Source of the DNA: Candidatus Latescibacterota bacterium
Lineage (GTDB): Bacteria > Latescibacterota > UBA2968
NCBI GenBank assembly: GCA_965116885.1
Contig: OZ220741.1
Coordinates: forward strand, 736,001-800,000
Direction: 5' to 3'
DNA: 64,000 bases
Position 1 is the stretch's first letter; every line of letters begins with the position of its first letter. The notes under the pieces were generated by a model. It was not told the origin of the DNA, ran no database searches, and saw only the letters and a program-made list of their open reading frames with translations. Shown piece after piece: positions 56,834-64,000 of this stretch. The position numbers and the translations under genes are program-made.

Positions 56834-58096
56834 TCACCGCTCCGGAACATAATCATCAATAAATTCCGGCATCATATCCAGCACCTTTTGCAAGCGTTCA
56901 CGCGCCGCTTCAGAATCGGCATCGCCCAGCCCCAAAACAATATCGTGTTCTTCCAGCCGATCCGCAGGCACATCGTAAAACCGGCCATCGTGATAAATTT
57001 TAAACCGATGTTCTCGCGCAAACTGCCCCGCGTGATCTTGACCAAAACCAAAACGCGGGTTGTAATGACAAAAAATCCAATCCCTCGGATCGCCCCGTTC
57101 GCCCCGCAACTGGGGCAAAAAACTGCGCCCATCGCACGGCATCCCCTCCGGAATGGGCGCATCGGCCAAATCCATCAGCGTCGGCAAAAAATCGCTAAAA
57201 TCCACCAGATCATCTAACACTATGCCCTCTGGCGCCACACCCTTCCAAAAAGCAATAAAAGGCACATGCGTCCCCGCATCGGGCATCGTACCCTTACCCC
57301 CCACAATCTCAACACCACCCTCAAGCTGGGACGTAATCGTGCGATGCGTACCATTATCACTCGTAAACATCACCAGTGTATTCTCGAGCAAATCCAGCGC
57401 CTCGAGCTTCTCCACAATCCGCCCCACCAGCTTATCCGCATACGCCACCATATCGGCAAAATAGCGCGTATCCTGCTCACCTCTCCGATCTCTATCCCGC
57501 CACTCCGGACTATCGGGCGTGGGAACAAAAGGCGCGTGAACCAGAATCATCGGATAATAAGCAAAAAAAGGCACATCCCGATGTCGCTCAATAAAATCCA
57601 GCAAATAATCACAACAAATATCGGGACCATACCGATCTTGAATATAATCGTCGGGCAACCATTCCCCATTACATTCAATTTGCGGATTTGCATATCGTCT
57701 CTTACCCGTGCGAGTACCATCTTCTGGCGGCGGGGTCATATTCCACAAACAATGCTCGTCAAACCCAAAATGCGCGGGCATCTTATTGTCCTTGCTCAAC
57801 TGCCACTTGCCCGCAACACATGTTGCATACCCCGCATCCTGTAACAAATTGCCAAACGTCTTTTCTCTGGGATTCAAATAGGCGAACCTGTCGTAATTCC
57901 GAAAATTGTACTGCCCCGTCATAATCTCCACGCGAGAAGGCGTACACAAAGGCGTCGAATAACAATGTGAAAAGCGAATCCCCCGCGCTGCCAGATCATC
58001 CAACACTGGCGTCTCATACGTCGTACTCCCATAACAACTCAAACACTCAAATCCCATATCATCTGCCATAATCAACACAACATTTGGTCTCGCCAT
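56834..58096 (-). CDS. Sulfatase (S1, Cys-type)
   Basis: MADDMG, CTPSRVEIMTG, GKWQL, SDNG. Confidence 0.92.
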   Translation of the reverse strand: MARPNVVLIMADDMGFECLSCYGSTTYETPVLDDLAARGIRFSHCYSTPLCTPSRVEIMTGQYNFRNYDRFAYLNPREKTFGNLLQDAGYATCVAGKWQLSKDNKMPAHFGFDEHCLWNMTPPPEDGTRTGKRRYANPQIECNGEWLPDDYIQDRYGPDICCDYLLDFIERHRDVPFFAYYPMILVHAPFVPTPDSPEWRDRDRRGEQDTRYFADMVAYADKLVGRIVEKLEALDLLENTLVMFTSDNGTHRTITSQLEGGVEIVGGKGTMPDAGTHVPFIAFWKGVAPEGIVLDDLVDFSDFLPTLMDLADAPIPEGMPCDGRSFLPQLRGERGDPRDWIFCHYNPRFGFGQDHAGQFAREHRFKIYHDGRFYDVPADRLEEHDIVLGLGDADSEAARERLQKVLDMMPEFIDDYVPER

Positions 58097-58124
58097 ACGC
58101 TCCTCCATTAAATAAACCCGAGCC

Positions 58125-58153
58125 AATTTAATACGACAACATCTCTATATCAA
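58125..58153 (-). promoter_or_regulatory. sigma70-like promoter of the sulfatase run
   Basis: Minus strand TTGATA-17 nt-TAAATT. Confidence 0.5.
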
Positions 58154-58182
58154 CCCTCTTCTGGCACCACTATGAATCTGGT

Positions 58183-58212
58183 TGACACACCAATGCTACA
58201 GATGATACTATT
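58183..58212 (+). promoter_or_regulatory. Divergent sigma70-like promoter of the PhyH gene
   Basis: TTGACA-18 nt-TACTAT with extended TG. Confidence 0.5.
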
Positions 58213-58253
58213 ATATTTCCGTGGAAACAACAGAACAAAGGGAAGGACAAAAA

Positions 58254-59102
58254 ATGAACATCTCGCTCACATCAACAGAACGAAGCTCTGGTGAACTGGC
58301 AAAAGACAAATTGGCAAATGCGATAGAGGCAATACGGCACGACGGCTATGTCATCATCGAGCAAGTGGTAAATCACGCGATCCTCGACGCCCTCAAAACG
58401 CGCATGGACGAAGACTCTGCAAAGCTAATTGAAGCACAAAAATGGGGTGGCGCAGGTGGCGTACAGGGTCATTTACAGCAAGGTCCGCCACCATTTGACC
58501 CATACCTATCCCCAGACATCCTTGTCAATCCCTATGCCATTCAGATCTCACGAGAAATGCTGGGCACAGGGTTTTACTGTTGCTTTTACAACGGCAACAC
58601 CAATACGCCAAACAGCACCTTTCAACCCCTTCATTCTGACGGCGTTCACCTCTGGGGAGAGCAAAACCGCCCCCATCCAGCAACCCAACTCATCATCAAC
58701 ATCTTTCCCCAGGACACATCTGACAAAAACGGATCGACACAAATCTGGCCAGGCTCACACCTCGATATGCGCCCGGTAACAGACGAAACAGAAGCCGATC
58801 GTCGATCCTTTTCACCCCCCATTCAGGCCACCCTCCAAAAAGGCGACATCCTGATCCGCGATTCGCGCCTCTGGCATCGCGGCGTACCAAATCCCTCCGA
58901 TCACAACCGCCACATGATCGCAGTTGTGTACAACATCGGATGGCTGGTCAAACGGCGAACACTCTTCTTCGATAAAAGCAGTAAAAAAATATTCGAAGCA
59001 GGTGGCGTCGATCCCAATGCCGAATTCATCGATCCTCCGTTCGAATACCTGTTTGAAATGGCGTGCAGAAAAATAAAAAACGATCCCATGCGCGGCGTCT
59101 AA
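58254..59102 (+). CDS. PhyH-family dioxygenase
   Basis: DGYVII, QPLHSD, NGSTQIWPGSH, RDSRLWHRG.PN. Confidence 0.88.
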   Translation: MNISLTSTERSSGELAKDKLANAIEAIRHDGYVIIEQVVNHAILDALKTRMDEDSAKLIEAQKWGGAGGVQGHLQQGPPPFDPYLSPDILVNPYAIQISREMLGTGFYCCFYNGNTNTPNSTFQPLHSDGVHLWGEQNRPHPATQLIINIFPQDTSDKNGSTQIWPGSHLDMRPVTDETEADRRSFSPPIQATLQKGDILIRDSRLWHRGVPNPSDHNRHMIAVVYNIGWLVKRRTLFFDKSSKKIFEAGGVDPNAEFIDPPFEYLFEMACRKIKNDPMRGV

Positions 59103-59200
59103 ACCACTTCATTCTCGCCTGGCATAACCGCCCAATCGGTACGCAGTTCCGCGACGTGTTCGCCCAGTTCGCTATCGCTGAGGGGATGGACCGGTCGCAT
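59099..59200 (-). pseudogene. Truncated 5' gene remnant (33 aa)
   Basis: AGGAG RBS, then MRPVHPLSDSELGEHVAELRTD(W...stop); resembles PhyH N-termini. Confidence 0.45.
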
Positions 59201-59216
59201 GGGCTGATCTCCTATC

Positions 59217-60500
59217 TCACTCTGCCTGCTTTTGTTGATTTTTCAGAATCTCGTCGAGAAGCGGCAGTCCTTTGAGCCGCGCTTTCCAGTTTCGAGGCTG
59301 TTTTTCGGCAAGGCTCATAATGCCTTTATTGTATTTGAATCCCTCGCTGGTCACATTCTCAATAATCGGATGCCAACTATCCCCAGTGCGATCTCTTACA
59401 ACCCCAACTGAGGGACCTCTAACCCGTTTGATCTTCCTATCATTCTTATCAAACCGTAGCGCTTTCAGGTATTCCTCCGGAACATTCGCAAGCCCCTTGA
59501 GTGCAATGGCCGCATTTGTCCCAAATATCGCATGGATATTCTTTACCGTAGTCCCATCTGAAAACACACCGGGTTTATAACGCTCATCCGTCTGATTCCG
59601 TTTCTCCACATAACCAGGTCCCATCGTCACGGCAAAAGCACAACTCTTCACAGTCACACCGTCGATTTTGACAACGCCGTTTTGAGCTTTGTGTGGTCCA
59701 AGCAACACCGCAGTACTGCCATTCTCACAATATAGATTCTTTGCCGTAATATCATGCACGCCGCCGTTATGCCCTCCGGCACCCGTTTCCAGTCTAAAAG
59801 TCACCCCACCGCCAATGGCTTCGAGATTTTCAAAATGGATGGTCTCCCCCGCATGCATCTGAACCAAACCGTAACCTGGGCTGGTATTCGTGCTTCTCAG
59901 GTTTCTCACCAGACCAGCGGTTGGCCTGAAGACGCCCTCACTCTCCACATCTCTATCGCTGGACGGCGTAAAGATAAATGCAGAATAAGTGGTAAAACTA
60001 TCCTTAACATCAATATCGGAGAGCAGGAAATTTTTGACCTTCCTGCAGTTGACGGTCCGTATGCCTTCCCCCGCCACACTTCCGCGATCTGAATAATCGA
60101 CAATAAACTTACCGCCCAACCCGCGAATACTGACATTCTCTATGGATTCGGCATTCCTTCCCGTACCCAATCCAAAAACAATGGTCTTCGTACCTTTGGG
60201 CCAATAGGGTTTGATAACCGTGTCTTTCTCGATCAACAGGTGTACATTGGACTTCAAATTGATGCCCCCAAAACGATAAACCCCTTTCGGAACGATCAGG
60301 CGTCCGCCACCTTTTACAGAGACCTCATCAATCGCTTTTTGCAATCGCTCACTCTGATTGCTCTCACCCCCATCATCAACCAGTCCGAAATCCGTCTTCA
60401 GATTCATCGTCAAACCATTTGGATCCATCGTTTCCACGTATGTCGCCTCCGCAACCGCAGTCATTACAAATAGGGTTATCATCAACAATACGGTCTTCAT
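59217..60500 (-). CDS. GH82 iota-carrageenase-like beta-helix glycoside hydrolase (secreted)
   Basis: Signal peptide; LQKAID....GGG.L.VPKG.Y, LKSNVHL, GYGLVQ, GG..FRLETG, GPH..QNG resemble the Alteromonas CgiA blocks GYGLIQ/RMETD/PH..KNG. Confidence 0.7.
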   Translation of the reverse strand: MKTVLLMITLFVMTAVAEATYVETMDPNGLTMNLKTDFGLVDDGGESNQSERLQKAIDEVSVKGGGRLIVPKGVYRFGGINLKSNVHLLIEKDTVIKPYWPKGTKTIVFGLGTGRNAESIENVSIRGLGGKFIVDYSDRGSVAGEGIRTVNCRKVKNFLLSDIDVKDSFTTYSAFIFTPSSDRDVESEGVFRPTAGLVRNLRSTNTSPGYGLVQMHAGETIHFENLEAIGGGVTFRLETGAGGHNGGVHDITAKNLYCENGSTAVLLGPHKAQNGVVKIDGVTVKSCAFAVTMGPGYVEKRNQTDERYKPGVFSDGTTVKNIHAIFGTNAAIALKGLANVPEEYLKALRFDKNDRKIKRVRGPSVGVVRDRTGDSWHPIIENVTSEGFKYNKGIMSLAEKQPRNWKARLKGLPLLDEILKNQQKQAE

Positions 60501-60512
60501 GGTTGTCTCCCC

Positions 60513-62321
60513 TCACTGACGTTCAACATAAACGTAGTAAGCGCCGCAGATGGGCTGGTTGCGCTCGTCGTCGAACCAGGTGTGCAAAAGCGTGGGGCCC
60601 GGCTCCAGATCCACGGTAAACACAACACCCTGATCGTCTGGCTTAACGGGCCTGGCGTAGAATTGTCCACCGACCAGCACACGCGCTCTGGCAATCGGCA
60701 ACGCAATACCCGCTTTCAGTTCGCCATCGGTCAATTGAGCCGCCTGGCAAGCCTCTCTCAGCTTGAGGCCGCTCTCTCTCGGCCAGCGCCGCAGTTCAAA
60801 AGTGTACGTGCCAGCGGCCTCGACCATCAGGTGCCAGTAACTGTTCTTCCGCACGGCCGTCCTCACCTGCCGCTGCTGATCCACAAAGACATCTCGCCAC
60901 TCGCAGGCCGACAGCGTCATCGGATTCTCGGCTTCACTGCCGATGGTAATCCGCTGCACTTGATTGGCGACCGGTTCCACTTCTTGCCACCAGGCATTTA
61001 GATAATCCCGCATCTGCCGGACAATGTCAGGATGCTGATCGGCAACATCGAGATTCTGTTCGGGATCGCTATCCAGATCATACAGTGCCGTTCCTTCAAG
61101 CAAGCGCCACCGTTTCCAGAGCACAGCAGCCCCCTCGCGTCTTATGAACGAAGGGCTGTCGGGCGTCGGGTAGTCCAGCTGCCCGGGCATACGGCTGTAA
61201 TTCACCGTCAACATGCGATCTTCCGGCACCTGCTCCGCACCCCGCAAAGCCGGAGATAGGCTAATCCCGTCCAAACGCAATTCGGCTGGCGATTCCAGCC
61301 CACAAAACTCGATCAAAGTCGGCAAAATATCCTGCACCTGAGTCAGTCCCTCAATCTCCCGGGGTTCGCCCAGACCACCATTTGGCCAATGCAAGAAAAA
61401 CGGTACCCGATGCCCACCTTCCCAGAGCTCGCACTTTTTACCCCGCATCCCGGCATTGTAATAGACAGAACCAAAAGTACTGCCATTATCAGTCATAAAA
61501 ATCAGGATGGTATCCCTATCTACGCCCTGTTCTTGCAGAAAGCGCCGAAGCGCACCGACCTGAGTATCCAGATTTCGAATCATAGCGAGAAAGCGAATGA
61601 TATTTTCTCGCAAATTTTCGGGAAGTGCAGGCAACTGGTGTTCATCCTCTGCAAATGCCGCCTCAATGGCCTCGCGGTCTTCGGCAGGCACAAAAAGTGG
61701 GGCGTGCGGGGCATTGGTCGGCAGGAAAGTGAAAAAGGGTTCTGAAGCCGCGATCCGTGCTTGCATCCACGCTTTTGCCGCGTTGAAAAAGACCTCGGTA
61801 CAGTACCCATCCTGTCGCACGCGAGAGCCATTGTGACAGTATATATCATCGAAATAATCGTTCTCCCAGTAGTCGGGCACCGAACTGATATGAGAGGATG
61901 GAAACCAGAGACTTTCCTCAAAACCGCGGTCTTGAGGACGGTACGGATAGTTGTCGCCCAGATGCCATTTGCCAAACACACCCGTTCGGTAACCGTTCGA
62001 CCGGAAAATATCGGCCATGGTCGGCAAATCTGGGCGCAAAAGCGAGCGTCCGCTGCTCACGTTCACAGCGCCATTGCGTGCCGCATCAAGTCCGCTCAGC
62101 AATTGACCGCGAGTAGGCGTACACATGGGCGCGACGTGAAAATCCATCAGCCGAATACTTTCCCCGTGCAAGCTGTCCAGATTCGGCGTCCGGGCAACGG
62201 GATTGCCGTGACAGCCCAGATCGCCATACCCCTGGTCGTCGGTAATGATCAAAATCACATTGGGGCGAGAAGGGTGCAGGCTCGATGATTCGCGTTCTTT
62301 CAAAACAGTTTTACCTTTCAA
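60513..62321 (-). CDS. Arylsulfatase with C-terminal beta domain
   Basis: TDDQGYGD, CTPTRGQLLSG, GKWHLG, TDNG, EGGHRVP. Confidence 0.92.
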   Translation of the reverse strand: MKGKTVLKERESSSLHPSRPNVILIITDDQGYGDLGCHGNPVARTPNLDSLHGESIRLMDFHVAPMCTPTRGQLLSGLDAARNGAVNVSSGRSLLRPDLPTMADIFRSNGYRTGVFGKWHLGDNYPYRPQDRGFEESLWFPSSHISSVPDYWENDYFDDIYCHNGSRVRQDGYCTEVFFNAAKAWMQARIAASEPFFTFLPTNAPHAPLFVPAEDREAIEAAFAEDEHQLPALPENLRENIIRFLAMIRNLDTQVGALRRFLQEQGVDRDTILIFMTDNGSTFGSVYYNAGMRGKKCELWEGGHRVPFFLHWPNGGLGEPREIEGLTQVQDILPTLIEFCGLESPAELRLDGISLSPALRGAEQVPEDRMLTVNYSRMPGQLDYPTPDSPSFIRREGAAVLWKRWRLLEGTALYDLDSDPEQNLDVADQHPDIVRQMRDYLNAWWQEVEPVANQVQRITIGSEAENPMTLSACEWRDVFVDQQRQVRTAVRKNSYWHLMVEAAGTYTFELRRWPRESGLKLREACQAAQLTDGELKAGIALPIARARVLVGGQFYARPVKPDDQGVVFTVDLEPGPTLLHTWFDDERNQPICGAYYVYVERQ

Positions 62322-62370
62322 TGAACAATTATCAGGTCTTTTTCAGATCTTCCCTGGCCAGATCATCCAT

Positions 62371-63759
62371 TTAATAAATCAGCCGGCCTTTGCGTAGCGC
62401 AGGCTCATTGTAGCGCTCCATCTGGGCAATCAGCTCAGCTTTAAACTTCTCGGCAATCTCTTTGTATTCGGGATCGGAATATACGTTGACCAGCTCATCC
62501 GGGTCCTTATGCAGATCGTACAACCAGGGATCATCAACCTGTGAGAGAACCAGTTTATAACGTCGGTTAACGGCCATAACGGTCTGCGATCCTGAAGTAG
62601 TCATATAGACAATGCGATCATCATCTACCACCTTTTCATCACCGAGAAACGCCGCAGCATCATTTAACCCATGGGCATCTGGAATCTCCTCCTCAATCCC
62701 CATAATACCCAGAATCGTCGGACCGAAATCAACCGTCGTATAGGCGGTATTCACAACTTTCCCCGGCGCGATCTTCTCCGGCCAGCGAATCACAAACGGA
62801 ATCTTTGCACTGCCCTCGTAGGGCATCCCCTTGTTGTGGCGTCTATGTTCGCCCATCAGGTCGCCGTGATCGGCAGTAAAAATTACGATCGTATTCTGAT
62901 CCAACCCCCCGGCTTCCAGATCTGCCAGAATGCGCCCCACATTATCGTCGATGCATTTGACCATCCCAAAATACCTCTGCATCTGCCTCTGATTCAGCTC
63001 ATGGGCCGTATTCCTGTCTCCAAACCGGTGCCATTTCGGCATTTTCTCCACAGGAAAATCCATCGTGCGCGGATTTTGAAAAACCATGTCTTTGTACATC
63101 GTATCGTAGGGCGCGCGAACCGTATTTGGCCCGTGCGGATCCGGGATAGAAACCATAATGCAAAAGGGTTGATTCTGATCGCGCTCGATAATTTCCAGGG
63201 TGCGGATAGTCAACCAATCAGTTGTAAACGATTTTTCGTCGGCATCATCTACTCTGCTGGCAGGTCCACCCCTGTTGTTCCTCGCCGCAACATAGGGCGT
63301 GCCATCATCTTTCAACCCAAGTTTCTTCCAGTGACCGCGGTTCCACATATACCGATTGTCTTCAAAACCGAATTTGTGCTCTGGCGCAAAACCGGGCTTG
63401 GCTTCTCCACCCAGATGCCACTTGCCGAGATATGAGGTGGCATAACCCTGATTCTTGAGCACCTCGGCAAACGTGATCAGCCCCTCTTTCAGGGGAATGT
63501 CGTTTTTATAAACATCGGTAGCAATCGGATAAAGACCGGAAACAAAAGAAGCACGCGAAGGCGAACAAACAGGCGACGACGAATAATAACTGTCGCAAAT
63601 AGCACCGTCCCGCGCGAGCGAATCAATATGCGGCGTATCTACTTTAACGCCTGGTCCCCAGACAAAAGCCTGATCCTCCGTCATCAAATCGCGATAACAA
63701 CCCAATGTGCGAAAATTGTGTTCATCGGTATGAATAATCAGCAGATTCGGTTTACTCAT
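62371..63759 (-). CDS. Sulfatase (S1, Cys-type)
   Basis: HTDEH, CSPSRASFVSG, GKWHL, PDPH.P, ADHG. Confidence 0.92.
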   Translation of the reverse strand: MSKPNLLIIHTDEHNFRTLGCYRDLMTEDQAFVWGPGVKVDTPHIDSLARDGAICDSYYSSSPVCSPSRASFVSGLYPIATDVYKNDIPLKEGLITFAEVLKNQGYATSYLGKWHLGGEAKPGFAPEHKFGFEDNRYMWNRGHWKKLGLKDDGTPYVAARNNRGGPASRVDDADEKSFTTDWLTIRTLEIIERDQNQPFCIMVSIPDPHGPNTVRAPYDTMYKDMVFQNPRTMDFPVEKMPKWHRFGDRNTAHELNQRQMQRYFGMVKCIDDNVGRILADLEAGGLDQNTIVIFTADHGDLMGEHRRHNKGMPYEGSAKIPFVIRWPEKIAPGKVVNTAYTTVDFGPTILGIMGIEEEIPDAHGLNDAAAFLGDEKVVDDDRIVYMTTSGSQTVMAVNRRYKLVLSQVDDPWLYDLHKDPDELVNVYSDPEYKEIAEKFKAELIAQMERYNEPALRKGRLIY

Positions 63760-63774
63760 TTGGTTCTCCCTTAC

Positions 63775-64000
63775 TCAAACTGGGCCAGCCGCCCATCTTA
63801 CAGCCTTTTCCACCAGATAACCCAGTGCGTCTGTCTTTTCGGGATGCGCGCTAAAACAAAATACACGGCCTTTTTCAAACTGCGTGCGAACAATGGCTGA
63901 AGTGCCTGGCATAACGCCTTCAGGCGCACCTTTTTTTGCGATCTCAGTGCGGTATAGAGCAAGACATTCGTAATCGGGGACGAGTGGATCATCCGATTCA
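63775..64000 (-). CDS. 3' end of a BPL_N / class I glutamine amidotransferase-like protein (partial; not in the ORF track)
   Basis: Manual translation ...DYECLALYRTEIAKKGAPEGVMPGTSAIVRTQFEKGRVFCFSAHPEKT...AVRWAAGPV*. Confidence 0.65.
   Translation of the reverse strand, partial: ESDDPLVPDYECLALYRTEIAKKGAPEGVMPGTSAIVRTQFEKGRVFCFSAHPEKTDALGYLVEKAVRWAAGPV

Noticed and set aside
63798..63992. 64-aa minus-strand ORF at the window end
   Set aside because: Out-of-frame shadow of the partial BPL_N-like CDS ending at 63775.

Overview
Bacterial chromosomal window with no rRNA, tRNA, CRISPR array or transposase that I can recognise. The backbone holds housekeeping genes (CCA-adding enzyme, murA, rlmN, M23 peptidase, larC, helicase IV-like, clpP, surE) and a large catabolic repertoire: a five-gene family-5 ABC importer, GH95 fucosidase, PL8 chondroitinase ABC-like lyase, GH82 iota-carrageenase-like protein, 8 sulfatase-family genes and 3 PhyH dioxygenases. 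This content suggests a marine, possibly sponge-associated, degrader of sulfated glycans (inference). Native genes show a strong C/A skew on the + strand. Four blocks lack the skew and look acquired. (1) About 4.45-11.96 kb is a defence-island-like block. Its core is a tightly coupled DruA/DUF4338-NurA-HerA operon behind a duplicated near-consensus sigma70 promoter, followed by a Zn-finger/DUF4145 gene, higBA, DUF2283 and a DprA-domain gene. This is my best candidate for an undescribed system. (2) 30.6-31.8 kb is a tandem pair of membrane-anchored multi-CxxC proteins. (3) 45.07-46.9 kb is a TIGR04255 / internal-repeat protein / PemK-like triad. (4) 59.1-64 kb is a carrageenase-sulfatase block. 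Other notable items are a BpsA-like polyamine synthase coupled to an aminoacyl-tRNA-type transferase, an amidohydrolase-fold/Rieske oxygenase-like pair, a Thr-nucleophile sulfatase-fold enzyme and an Asp-type MurA. All family calls come from motif recognition by eye; no database searches were run.
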